DNA of 62,784 nucleotides, counting the filler, from Rhabdomonas costata (Eukaryota): NCBI GenBank assembly GCA_019059605.1. It is 35 parts of 35 records of this genome, joined end to end, with 100 filler letters (N's around TTAATTAATTAA, not from the genome) between each part and the next. Parts side by side here need not be neighbours in the genome. Positions count along the whole stretch, not along the records: positions 48,515 to 50,210 come from JAHMHO010010513.1; positions 50,311 to 52,006 come from JAHMHO010010514.1; positions 52,107 to 53,802 come from JAHMHO010010515.1; positions 53,903 to 55,598 come from JAHMHO010010516.1; positions 55,699 to 57,396 come from JAHMHO010010517.1; positions 57,497 to 59,192 come from JAHMHO010010518.1; positions 59,293 to 60,988 come from JAHMHO010010519.1; positions 61,089 to 62,784 come from JAHMHO010010520.1; 27 more parts are not named here. One strand, given 5' to 3'. Below, piece after piece: positions 49,981 to 62,021 of this stretch. Numbering within the stretch: the first letter of the stretch is position 1; the number at the start of each line of letters is the position of its first letter. The notes below the pieces were generated by a model that was not told the DNA's origin, ran no database searches, and worked only from the letters and a program-made list of their open reading frames with translations. A program made the position numbers and the translations under genes.

Positions 49981-52133
49981 GTACGCACCCTGAGGCCCTG
50001 CGTGCCATCTCCCTTAACCCGCAAACGACTGATGATTTTCAGACTTGAAGTCCTGAAGTAAGGGCCGAAAATGCTCTCATCCCCATAGTAATCAAGCTGT
50101 CGTAGGGTAACAGGGTCCAACAAGACATGGGGTGGGGGAAGAAAGACCAGCGTCCTGCTGACTACGGACTACGGACCTGTTGCTGAGAGCTGGCGGAGAG
50201 TTGAGGAGGTNNNNNNNNNNNNNNNNNNNNNNNNNNNNNNNNNNNNNNNNNNNNTTAATTAATTAANNNNNNNNNNNNNNNNNNNNNNNNNNNNNNNNNN
50301 NNNNNNNNNNGTGGGTGTGTTTGTGTGTGTGTGTCCTATCTCTTTGCTGTGTGCTTCTGTCATCCTTGCATCGTTTTCCTCGTGCTTCTCCGCAGTTTTG
50401 CTTTTTTCCGGGCCGCGGCCGAAGTGAAAGGCAACAAAGGAATAACAGAAACAAAGACTCGGCACAGCGGTGAACCGTAGCTTATGATTTGCTTGAACCC
50501 ATACAAAAGCGGAGGTTTCCATTCCCAAACAACAAGGACCAAACACCATATTTCTGTCTATGCACCCTCTTCAGAATGGAATCCCGAAAGGGGGACAATA
50601 GCAGCGGCTACTTCTTCTTCTGTCTCCTCCAGCTCTCCAGAAGGGATGCCAGTTTGGGATCAGCACCCACCTCTGCCGCAGCTTGGGCTGCTGCGGAGGG
50701 CCTCCGGCGTGCAGTTCCAGCAGAGGGTATCTCACGGGAACCCCAAAAAGGCCGAATAATACTGGAGGACTGTCTGAACTCGTCTGGCGAAGGGAACGTC
50801 TAGGACGCACATCTCAAAAGGCGGTCGAAGGGGTTCACTGAAAGCGAGGCATCCATCCTCCGGTCACCCTTCCACAAGCACAGGTGCAACATACGGCAGG
50901 GAGGCCTGGAGCTTCAGCGGTGTCTTGGGGAACACGCGTGGTGTCCTCCACAGCCTGGCCTGCCTCGGTGAGCTGAAGCACACCACTGCCACTGCGGCGC
51001 AGAAGGAACAGAGGAGAAGGCGTTATATCCCCGATACAGTTTAAGCGCAGCATCTGCGGCTGGTGTGTGTGTTTGGGGGTGGGGGACCACAAGTTGCACT
51101 CAGTAAAAGGTGAAAGGTGCACTTCCATAAGAGAGAGACAATACACGTTCAAATGTACTGCCCAATCCACGAGACAAATCCCGTGATCTCCGCACATTCA
51201 GTACCGAACAACTGGGGCACACGTCGTCTGGGCGTCAAAACCACTCTACACCAGATACAACTTCCCCGTCCCCCAAGTCTTTTTGAGTGGATCTCGAATT
51301 AACACGTGACCAAAAATATTATAGATGTGCATTGGGGGGAGGGCCAAACGCTCGAAGGGAGACCACATAATGCCGACCAACATTCTGTATCCTTCGTTGA
51401 AAAGATTTAAAGTCAATGCCACCACCACCCATATATCGCCATGGACATTCTTCAGTGATATTTGTTTTTTTCAGATAGGATCCAAATGACCGGCAGGGCG
51501 GTGGCCCCCTGCGCCTCCAGCTGCGGACAACCCCCCCCCCGAAGAAACTATTAGGCGCGCAGGTAGACCCACAAACCCTTTCAGGGTTCATGATTATTGG
51601 TGTCTGTGTATGCGCGTTTATGTGCGGGGTGGCCAGCAACGGCACAACCGAAATATGGAAACGCTAACTGCACCCGTACGCGCTTATGCGGCAGCGGCGG
51701 GCGTGTGGTAGGAGGAAGGGCTCCCTTCCCCACAACACACTACAAAACGCCAGGTGGACCACCCGAGCAGTGGCTCTCGAACGACAACGACCTTTCGAAA
51801 CCCAAACGCGCTTCTCCAGAAAACCACACTTGACCTCATCCTCCCGACTGCAGAAAAATCGTTTAAATACCCTGTGCCCTCAGACACGTACTCCGGGGGT
51901 TCTAGCCCCGCATCTTCCGTGCCAGCTCAAGCTTCTACATGAGGAAAGCAAATCAAACTGCAGCATGTTCCCCCAGCATCGCCGGAAGGTAGGTTAACCC
52001 ACCCCCNNNNNNNNNNNNNNNNNNNNNNNNNNNNNNNNNNNNNNNNNNNNTTAATTAATTAANNNNNNNNNNNNNNNNNNNNNNNNNNNNNNNNNNNNNN
52101 NNNNNNGGGGGGCTCAATTCTGAAGGAGCATAC

Positions 52134-53612
52134 CAATGCCCAAAGAGTCGGGCTGAACGTAGAGGTCCGGGGCGTGGACGTTCATCACCCACGCAGACGT
52201 CAGCTGGTTGACGAACAGGCAGTGGTCGTGGGCCAGCACTTGGGTGCAGTACACCGCACTCCGCGAATCCCGCACAAAAGGACCTCGAGCCTGACCCCCC
52301 CAAAAAAACACAAAAAAACACAACAACACACAAACTTCGTGCACTTGGTGAACGTAATATTTCCGGAGCACTCGATGGCTATGGTTATGGTCATCCCATG
52401 CGACTATTGGCTTACAGTGTTTACTTGACGTTGACTTGGTCTTGATCTCAACCGTACAACACACATACACACAAATGAACAAATAAACTTGTGACTGGTG
52501 AAAAAAAAAGAAGAGATGAACGTGGCAAGAACGGGCAAAAAGAGCGGGCATCCATCAGCTAATCTGTGCGATGGTTCCGTGGATGAATCACGCCACGCAC
52601 TCTTGCACGTCTTTTTCAACTCCTAAATGAAGGGTTTCACCGGCTGGGAAATGGTCCAGTGCGCTATATCACCATAGCTCTCAATGCTGAACCGTTGGGA
52701 TTGTTGTATCCAATGCAACTATACTTCGTCGCTGCTCTCATATGCCGACCACTTTTGTGTATCCCGGGTCGCGACGAGTATGGATAATACACTTCCATCG
52801 AGAGAAAGAGACTGCGCGCGCGCGCTTCTTGAGAGAGGAGGAATGAAGGGTGGTGAAAGATGCAGACCCACTTCCCGTAATACTTCACGATGCCCGCCTT
52901 TCTCCACCGTGCGAGTGCGGCCGCGAAGCCGGTCTCGGCGAGCTCGTAGATGTCCAATTGGTCGAACCCGACAGCACGGTGATAAGCGACCTGTGTCACA
53001 TGCAAAAAACCATCGTTATCTATGTGCGCTGCGCGAGTTTGCGCACAAGCGCAGTCTTGTCTCCCAGAAACATCTTGGGGCTTGTCTTGGATCTTCTACA
53101 AAAACGCCCGTCCAGCACATTGAACCTTTTTCGTATGGCATCTTCGGCGGGTCGGGCGATCCACTTTGGATGTTTGACGTTCACGCGAGAAGAAAACTCA
53201 ACAGCCCCTTCCCACAAATTTGAAATCCCATGGAAAGGTGTATATCCCTTGTGTGTGGTGTATACCCTTCGAACTGGAGCCTCCGAAACCTTCAATTGAA
53301 AGTTACGCGAGGATCGCCAAGCAGAGGAGAGTAACTTTCGGGTGAATGGGAGGGGGGGGGGGAAGCAGCATCTGATGTAGGAAAGCTGGGTTTACCTTCC
53401 CCACTTCGAAAAACACAAATGAAGAAAGGTGCACAACTCGCTAAATAAAGCCCCACAACCCTACCCCCCTCCACTCCTTCAAGCGAATGCAGACCCAGTC
53501 GTGCACGATGCCGGGGTAGCGGGCTTGCAGCCGAGGGTATCCCCACAACGGCTCGGTGCAGCCCGTCAATTTCACGAAGGGCCGCTCTACCCGTTTCAAG
53601 ACGAACCGCACG
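52134..53612 (-). CDS. Glycosyltransferase family 92 / DUF23-like protein, internal exons
   Basis: Exons 53612-53495, 52990-52868, 52290-52134: LTGCTEPLWGY..IVHDWVAYHRAVGFDQLDIYE..QVLAHDHCL..AWVMNVHAPD. Confidence 0.65.
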
Positions 53613-54518
53613 CTGCAGGGAGTCAGTAACAAAAAACCGTGAACCGGCTACAAATCATACTCACAAAGGCCATTGCGCCACTCCATGGGGCTTACGGCGT
53701 TAAAGCAGAAGGAAAATTCGCCCCCACCCCCCTATCCAACGTGATATCACCACCTCATCGTCACGCTGGGTTGCCATTTCGTCGTTCCCATTACCCAACC
53801 CCNNNNNNNNNNNNNNNNNNNNNNNNNNNNNNNNNNNNNNNNNNNNTTAATTAATTAANNNNNNNNNNNNNNNNNNNNNNNNNNNNNNNNNNNNNNNNNN
53901 NNGGTGGGTTGGTCCACGAGATAATAATGGTGTTCGCCCGAGGTTTCGGGGTTCAGGTTTTGGCCACTAGCTATCTTCTTTTTGGCACTGGTGTACGCTA
54001 AGTTTGGCGAAACGAAGCATTTGCTGCCAACTCGTGGCCCTTTGTGCACCTTGTTCGCATACTTTCTCACCTCTGACCTCTGGGTAGCTTCAAAAAACTG
54101 GCGGAGAAACACAAGGCCACGAACCAGATCGTCTTCTTCTGTGAAATGCGTGAGTGGACGAGGAGCGAGTGATGGGCGCCATGAGAGATTTGGCCAAATT
54201 AGCTACTCTGTGGCGTCAAAAAATGGACGGTCCTATTCACCAAATTCACAAAGTTTTTTATACTAATTTCTCTCTTTAAGTTCGCCAACTGCATGGTTGG
54301 CCGGCTTTAACATGAGCCAGGATGAAGCCGCCGCCACGTCTGAGAGACTTCTCTGAGCTTCTGTGGGCATTACTCGTTGAGCAGTATGATGAAGGCTAAC
54401 CCTCTCAGTAAACACTGTGACCAGGTAACACCACATAACTCTACTCTGGTTACATTTCAAGAATACTTTTCAGACATTCCATTTCTAGTCATCACTCTGG
54501 AGCTCTTTGTGGTTGCAG

Positions 54519-55126
54519 GGCCTTGACACCGTGGACAAAAAGAAGTTTTATGGCGCCTCTGTTCCGGTGGAGAAAGCTTGGAGCGACGAGGGGGATGTCC
54601 TTCTGGCGTGGGAAATGAATGGCAAGCCACTCACCCCGGACCACGGATTTCCTTTGCGGGTGCAAGCCTGACGTTTTTGATAGCAGCTTAATTCGTTGGA
54701 GGCTTTTGAATGCGACACGATGGGTGCGGATAAAAACTCGTTGAAGCCCATCTGGCTTTCTGAAGGGTCCAAACTTTTCAGCTTTCAAAGTTTGAAGTGC
54801 CCTGCTCTTCTAGTAGTGTGAGTTACCCCTTATGTCATTCTTTTAGTTCCATGGCCTCATATTTGAGGTGGCGTTTTTGTGCTGGGATGTCTGTGCGATG
54901 TGAGAATCTGGTTCTCTGCTCTTGAGGTGGTGGTGCCGGGGACCTGCGCTGTGCGCTCTGTGAAGTGGTTGAAGAAGATCGTCTCCTCCAGCGAAGAACA
55001 CCCCAGCTTCTGGCAGAGGGTGGACTACCGCCTGCCTGCTCCCTACACCACCGCAGAGACAGTAGACTACCCCAACTTGCCCTCGATACAGGAGCTGCCG
55101 GTGACCTCTGCAATTACAGAGCCAAA
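54519..55126 (+). CDS. SUOX: Sulfite oxidase, molybdopterin domain exons
   Basis: Exons 54519-54659 and 54927-55126: [68 protein letters not shown]. Confidence 0.88.
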
Positions 55127-56329
55127 GTCTGTCAACCGCCATAGCGCAGTTTGTGATTTTTTTCTGCACGTTCGATCCCCGGCAAGAAATTTTTTGACTT
55201 GCTCTGGATTCTTTCTGTTCATTTTTGCATTTTTCCCTTTTTGGGTCAAGAATGCAAGAAGAACCAATAAATTGAGACGAACGTTGCAAAGTGGCAACAA
55301 GCGAGGCAAGTGATAGAATCACAGAGGACATCATTATCATCATGGGAGAATGGAGCTTTGACCCGGATGTCTCGCGGAGCGCAGCGTCCCTGATCCTGTT
55401 TTTTTTCCGGGGTCCCAAAAAAGTCTCCCGAAGACGGGAGATGCCTTTGGTGTACAAAAATCTTTCCTCCGCGGCACCAGCTTGAGCAATCGAGTGCATG
55501 ACGTACAATGGCGCCGCTATTTATTTTATTTGGCATACCTTCGGAATCCCTAAGGGAGCCTGACCAAGGTACCACCACAGGAACACTTGTCCTTGTCANN
55601 NNNNNNNNNNNNNNNNNNNNNNNNNNNNNNNNNNNNNNNNNNTTAATTAATTAANNNNNNNNNNNNNNNNNNNNNNNNNNNNNNNNNNNNNNNNNNNNTG
55701 TGGGGTGTGGGGTGGTGGTCCCCGGGGCTGTGGCGGAGCCCTTGTCGCAGCGGACGTGGGTGCAGCTCGCGTTTGGGCTTCCCCGGACCTGCTCCGCGCT
55801 TGCCGCGGCGGGCGAGGACCCCTCTCTGCCCGTGAGCGAACCCTCGTCCCACTCTCACCTCACTTGAGTTTACACGCAAGATTTTTCTCCCTTGCAGATA
55901 CTCTTTCATCGGGCAAGCACACGGGTTTCGTTTACGCACAGACAGGCTCATGCCCATTCCCACGGTGGTCAATATCGGCCCTTCGCTCTCCGCGAAGCTT
56001 GTTGGGAGCGGGGGGGGGGGGGCGAACTGTTTACAGCGCTGAGCGTCGGGGAAGCTTAGGCCGTGTGTTTGGCAACAGCGATGTCCTTTTCCAGTTTTAC
56101 TGTTTCATGTTTCCGAAGCAGTGCCAAACAACCATCCTTTATAAAAAAGCTTGCCCAAATTGATTCGCACCCATCGCGCCTACATGAGCGCGTAACCACA
56201 CACACACACCTATGGTGCGTGGCTGTGGAACCGTTGTAGCTCGAAGATTTGGTTGGTGGGTCTCCACCACCAGGCCCTCATTGGGCCCTCACTTTGGGCA
56301 CGGATGTAACCTCTCTTTTCTTGTTTCAG

Positions 56330-56896
56330 GTTCCGCGGTCTTGGGGTCAGCAGCTGAGGTTCGCGGAGGGCCCCGAGGCCTTCCCCGTGGAGTTCGACAT
56401 TGCCGACCCTGAGACACGCCGCGAGATGGTCTACCGCCGCAACGACGGCTCCACCCTCAGCACCCGCCTGAACGCCCTGCTGTGCCTGGGCCAGCCTGGC
56501 ACCACCACAGTTTGCTTCGAGGTCCTCAACAACAGCGTTTCTGGTCTTACCTTTGGGGTGGCTCCCGTGAGCACCTGCGGGGACCTGCGAAAATTCACGG
56601 GGAACAGCCCTGGTGAGGGGTCCTGGTCTTCCGGGCTGTGCCTCTCATTCTCACGCGGTAAGACCTTCCAAAACGGCACTCGCACAGATATGGCCACAAA
56701 GGTGAAGTCCGGGGATCGGGTGGAGGTTCGAGTGGACCGCAGTGACCCTAGTGACCCCACAGGGGGCACTGTGGCCTTCGCGGTGAACGGGGCGGTGGTG
56801 TGGGGCGTGGAGCCCGTGGTGCGCCTGGGCTTCACAGAGGACGCCTTTGTGATCGTGTCGATGTATCGCAGGGACAACGCCGTGCGTATTGTTTGA
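56330..56896 (+). CDS. Terminal exon encoding a SPRY/B30.2-like beta-sandwich domain
   Basis: ttcag acceptor to TGA. Contains FEV..LTFGVA..KSGDRVEVRVD..GTVAFAVNG..VSMY..VRIV, a SPRY-like strand pattern. Confidence 0.6.
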   Translation, partial: VPRSWGQQLRFAEGPEAFPVEFDIADPETRREMVYRRNDGSTLSTRLNALLCLGQPGTTTVCFEVLNNSVSGLTFGVAPVSTCGDLRKFTGNSPGEGSWSSGLCLSFSRGKTFQNGTRTDMATKVKSGDRVEVRVDRSDPSDPTGGTVAFAVNGAVVWGVEPVVRLGFTEDAFVIVSMYRRDNAVRIV

Positions 56897-57206
56897 GGGG
56901 CGCATAGACCATGCACCCGGTTAGGTGGACCGAGTGCGCCTGTTCTATCCCCTCTGACCCCAGAGAGAGCACTAGATCGGCCCCTCGCCCGTCTGACATA
57001 TCATCCCTATTTTCCCCTCCAATGTCGCGTTCTGTCTGCTTTCCACCCACCGCAAACCACTTCTGTGCTCTTTCTTCACTGCCCTTCATCTGTTTTAGGC
57101 CATACCACATCACATACTCCTTGTCTCGCTGATTCCCCGCTTACCTCTCTGCTCGCCTATGTTCCCCCACTGCCCTGGGCGACTGCACCCACTATGGGTC
57201 GCTGGA

Positions 57207-57387
57207 GGCCTTTGCTTTCCTCCTGTTTCCAGTCCCTGCCCCTCCCACACACACATACACATTCCTCCAACCTCCACCATTTCCCTGTACCTGTTGCTTG
57301 CGGGTACAGGGAAATGGTGGAGGTTGGAGGAATGTGTATGTGTGTGTGGGAGGGGCAGGGACTGGAAACAGGAGGAAAGCAAAGGCC
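57207..57387. repeat. 85-bp perfect inverted repeat, 11-nt loop, at contig end
   Basis: 57207-57291 is the reverse complement of 57303-57387. Confidence 0.92.
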
Positions 57388-57505
57388 ACCAACAACNNNN
57401 NNNNNNNNNNNNNNNNNNNNNNNNNNNNNNNNNNNNNNNNTTAATTAATTAANNNNNNNNNNNNNNNNNNNNNNNNNNNNNNNNNNNNNNNNNNNNTCCT
57501 TGTAG

Positions 57506-59110
57506 AAGCTCTACGGTGACAACAACTTTGTGGTGTGGCCGGCCTTCTCGTCGACCACACTGGACCGTGAGGTAGCGCAGAACTTCTTCAGGAGTGCGAC
57601 CGGGGATACCGAGGGCACGATGTTTATGATCATCCCTTTGCCCGAGGGCCAGAGCCGAGGCCACGAAATCGCCCCGCTGTCCGCTCTACCCAAAGAACGA
57701 GTATCACTCAATACCTCACACGCATACACGCACGCTCACTTTGATCCCAAATGGGGTGGCTCGCGCATGTCGAACAAAATCAAGCGTGCCTTCAAGCCTG
57801 ATTCGCGGATTGGTTGTATTTATGACTTCTAACACCTCTGCAGAGCATTTTGCATTCACTCATTTCACTTTGTGCGGATTTTGTGTTGACGCCATCTTAT
57901 GGATTTCGGGTTCACTTGCCCAAAAGCCGCTGTACTTTTCTTTCGGGTGGAGAGCAGAGGTGTTGTCAAAATGGAAGAGTACCCCATATAACATTGATGC
58001 AGAACAACGGCTCCCTTCTCAATGGTCCCAAGCGTATGTATCGATGTATGTGTATGTATTGATTCTTTACATTGTACAGGAACCCAACCGCAGTTTGGTT
58101 TTATGTACGGTGGTCCAGCTTAATGTTGGCCGAATCCCCCTGATTCGCTTATTAGTCGAATAGAAGGACTGGGTTTCATGGACCCCTCCACACACACACA
58201 TCCTCGCTCCACTCTGCACGCCGTTTCCGTTTGCAGGAAGTTTTGTACGAGATCAATACCTATTTTAAGGTCAACCGCAGGCTTGGTCCGGCGACGAAGA
58301 AGTTCTTTGAGCAGGAGCTGGGGTACTGCCTGGACCGCGTCGAGGTACTGCGGTGCTAGTTTAGGGAGCTGCTGCTGCTGCTGCTGCTGCCTGGGTATGG
58401 TTGGTCGGATAATTCTTGTCCTTTTATTCACTCACTGACTGGTTGCTTATTGACCCAACTGGGCAAACAGGTGCCCGATCTTCTGTGTCTTTGCTGACTT
58501 CCCTGTGACACAGTGCCTCGAGATGTGCGTTTCCTCTGGTTCTTATTGATGTGTTTGGTGAGGGGAATCCCGCGAGAGCCCCCACGTGGCGTTTTATCGG
58601 CTTCGGGTCAAATGAAATGAACCAAATGTACCTCACCACTGTGTAGCATTATTTTTGTAGCGCTTGCCGTTCTGCATGCGGTACGAAGTCTTTGCTTTTT
58701 TGGGTTGATTGCTTTGGGATTTCCGTGAGCTGTTGGAAAAGAGCACAAGAAGAGCTGTTTGGAGTATGTCGGGATTGCACCTGTGTTTGTTATCCATCGG
58801 GTAGGTCTACGAGCTTGCCGAGGTGCCGGAGGCTGTGGCGCTGAAGGAGACAGCGAAGCTGCAAGAGAACAATGGGGTGGCCCTTCTGGGGCACATCAAG
58901 AAGGGCGCCGTGGAGGAGGTGGAGAAGCTGCTGGGCGAGCCCGTAGACCTGAACACCCGCGACGGAGTTGATGGCAAGACCCCTTTGATCTGCGCCATTG
59001 AGAAGGGGCTGCCCGATGTCGCTGTGAAGCTGATTCAGAGCAAGGCCGACGTAAACGCCGCGGACAAGGACAAGAAGACTCCCTTGATGTACGCTGCGGA
59101 GCGCAGCGAG
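57506..59110 (+). CDS. Mono-ADP-ribosyltransferase (R-S-E/ARTC clade) domain followed by ankyrin repeats, three internal exons
   Basis: Phase-0 exons 57506-57700, 58237-58344, 58805-59110: VVWPAFSSTTLDREVAQNF..GTMFMI..IAPLSALPKER|EVLYEINTYFKV..LDRVE|VYELAEV..DGKTPLICA..ADVNAADKDKKTPLMYAA. Confidence 0.82.
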
Positions 59111-60004
59111 GTGTGCTATGATGTGGGATTGGCGACGGTTCTGGCGATAATTGCCGTTTTCCTTGGGCGTCAGAACCGTCGCCCACCCACACNNNNNNNN
59201 NNNNNNNNNNNNNNNNNNNNNNNNNNNNNNNNNNNNTTAATTAATTAANNNNNNNNNNNNNNNNNNNNNNNNNNNNNNNNNNNNNNNNNNNNGGGGTGGG
59301 GTGTTTTCGGGGTTATGCGCACCTGCAGCGACACCCGAAGGGGTTTGGGGCCCAGCAGCCTAACCAGCCTAACCAGCCTGCCAGCACAGATTCCTGTCTT
59401 ATTGTTTAATTTGTTAAACAGTTTGAAACCTCCGTTGTTAAGTTGGGAAAACACAGCCATTCACCTGCAACACGGTGCCCATGGTGCTCGTCTTCTCTGT
59501 GAACCCAAGGTCATTCCATTCCACTCCGGTACATTCCAAAGCGCTTCTCCCATATGGAGTCTCTTCAACCCTCACAAAAACCACCGGACCCCGCATGCAC
59601 ACTGAGCTGGGTGTAAACACTGGTGCGGATACTGTCAGACACCGAAATCGGCTCCAATCCACAGTCACCGTTAACCACACTAGTCTCGATAAGGCATTAG
59701 ATTGAAGGTAACTCTGGCCGCACCCCAACCAGATCTTGCCCTGTGGAACATGGGAGCCAGCAGGTGCCTGGTTGGGGAGATATGTTGCCTTCCTTCTTTG
59801 ACTTCTTTGAAGTGTTCTGTGGTTTTTTTTCGCGTTTGTGTGTGTTTGACATTCATTGCCTGAAGATGACCGGAGTCTCGAGCAGTCGAGAGAGTCGAGA
59901 GATGATGGCTGAGAAATAACTAACTCTCTCCCACAAACACGGAACATTCTTCTGTCGCTCCGTGGCTCCTTGGCCCCAAATGCACACGTACAAAAAAAAG
60001 CAAC

Positions 60005-60235
60005 CTGCGTGGGGCAATCCACGGTGCAGAGTCTCCACGCCCCGCGGCTTCCAAGACTTGCTGCCGCACCGTGGGCAGCGCCGCCTCCACGGCGCGGCAC
60101 ACCTGGGCCTCGCGGAAGCCCTGGAAAAGCCCAGACAACCTCCGGGCCTCTGCGAGGGCAGCGCCCAAGGAAACCCTCTCCCCGCACTCCTCTGCCAGCG
60201 TGGTCAGCCCAAACTTCTCCGCTAGCTCGCGGACC
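60005..60235 (-). CDS. Probable exon of an unknown helical protein (possibly the end of a BTB domain)
   Basis: VRELAEKFGLTTLAEEC resembles the BTB C-terminal LA-x-K[YF]-x-L-x2-L-x3-C pattern; weak. Confidence 0.3.
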
Positions 60236-61506
60236 TTCAGCGTGCGCGGATGGCGGTCAAAGCAAAGCTCTGTATGGAGCTGAATGAAGCGAAGCGGAGC
60301 CCAGATTGCGCGTTCACGGGCGGACTTCGACACATTCAAGATAAGACGTAATATTTTTGGGAGAAAAAATGTGTGCGGCACGGTGTCACCCTGTTCAGTC
60401 AATAATCACAATAAATCATCTACGGACTACGGACGAAAAGACTTTTTGGTGTGGTGGTAGCGGTTTACTTGGGGAGCAAACGGCATTGGCACTCCAATAA
60501 CATAAACACCGTGGTTATGCCAAATGCCAGAAAAAAAGGATCTCAAGACTAGCTCACGGGTTTGTTTCGCTCATAAGCAGTGAAAACGAGTTTTCCAACA
60601 CTCCGAGAGGGTTAAAATCCGCAGCCCCCTGAGAATCAGCCAGGCAGCGGAAGAAAATTGGAGATTGAGATCTCCACTACATCAATCTCTTGAGCACGAA
60701 TGTATATTGGGCGGGGGGATGTTATTGCTGAATCTTGTACGAACACGAAGCATATTGCGAGCCAGGTATCTGATCTGCGGGATAATCGTCAATCTGGTTT
60801 CCCACAAAAGCCAAAGAAAAGCATTCCCAACCACGTGCTTGTGCGTTCCTGGTTTCCTTCCATTCCACGTGCGTGCGTGTCCGTCCAGGTGTATCCATGC
60901 GCATCCTTGCGCGTCCTGCTGCGGAATGCAAATTTTCAGCGTTAAGGTTTCCTGGCTCGCAATATGCTTCGTGTTCGTACAAAACACANNNNNNNNNNNN
61001 NNNNNNNNNNNNNNNNNNNNNNNNNNNNNNNNTTAATTAATTAANNNNNNNNNNNNNNNNNNNNNNNNNNNNNNNNNNNNNNNNNNNNCCCTAAAAAATA
61101 AGTGATCGAACGTTGAAACAAATCCTAGGATCTTGAACCATCCTGAAATCATCGACTTACATCACTTACCGCTTTATAAAAACGGGTGAACCGAGGTTCC
61201 GGCGGTACCCCGGTACCACTGGTTCTGGGTACCCTCCCTCCACACTAACTTCTTTACAAGAGCCCGGTGGGATTGCTTGGATGGATTTCTCTCCCATCAC
61301 TGCCATCCATGTCTTTCTTTGCCTGATGTACTTTTTAGGAGGATTCTTTGGGGCTTGGGGCACCTACCCCGTCGTTCCAGAAAAACGTGTGAATTTGATA
61401 GTCTAGTACTCGTTTCCCCTCCATAGACTTCCTCTTATTGTTCCCAAAAAAACGTATAGGTCAGCGGTTTGGGGTTGAAAGGGTGCGGCTTTCTGGCGCC
61501 TCTCAG

Positions 61507-62021
61507 ATTGGCCAGCAGCTGTTCGAGTTTGTGAGCTTGCTTCGCGTGTCTCCGGAGCAGTGCCGCTCGAGCTGGGAGCAGATGGTCGCGCTGGACAACC
61601 TGACGTTCACGTTCCAGTCCACACCGGTACAGGCTGTTCGTGTGAATTGGTCTGTTGGCGTAAAGTCCCAGAACCATGAGGAAACATGGTCCATTATTCA
61701 GAGTCAGCTTGGAATCACTGATGCCTTTTGCCGCGGGGGTACAAATTGTTGGTTCCTGTTCCTGTGTCTATGTATGTGTATCTTGGCCTTTTCGCATTGT
61801 GGTACGCAACGACTTAAGCTTGGGTTGCTTTCCTCCACTCCTGGATTCCCCAGGCCGCAGATAAATTCGTCAAGAAAACTGCCCGCACGATGCTGGTAAC
61901 GACTGACATGGAGGATTTGCTGGGCAACCCGAAGAACTTCGCCTACAACGCAACCCTTCTGGCGGAGGTTCTGGAGCAGATTAACCCTCGAAACATGCTG
62001 CTGTACGTGCTCACCCAGAAG
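61507..62021 (+). CDS. Insulinase-like M16 peptidase, middle-domain exons
   Basis: In-phase exons 61507-61626 and 61854-62021: LFEFVSLLR..WEQMVALDNLTFTF..EDLL..F..L..INPRNM..LTQK, resembling the IDE/pitrilysin middle region. The catalytic motif is not in the window. Confidence 0.5.

Noticed and set aside
54519-55126. Nitrate reductase as an alternative call
   Set aside because: YGASVP, FWQ-x2-DY and IQELPV-x-SAI match sulfite oxidase better than the nitrate reductase equivalents, though the families are related.
58368-58390. Poly-Gln/poly-Cys ORFs from a (CTG)n run
   Set aside because: The run lies in the second intron of the ART-ankyrin gene; a simple microsatellite.
1743-61044. Regularly spaced TTAATTAATTAA as a CRISPR-like array or regulatory repeat
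   Set aside because: Always embedded in fixed N runs; it is a synthetic six-frame-stop linker.
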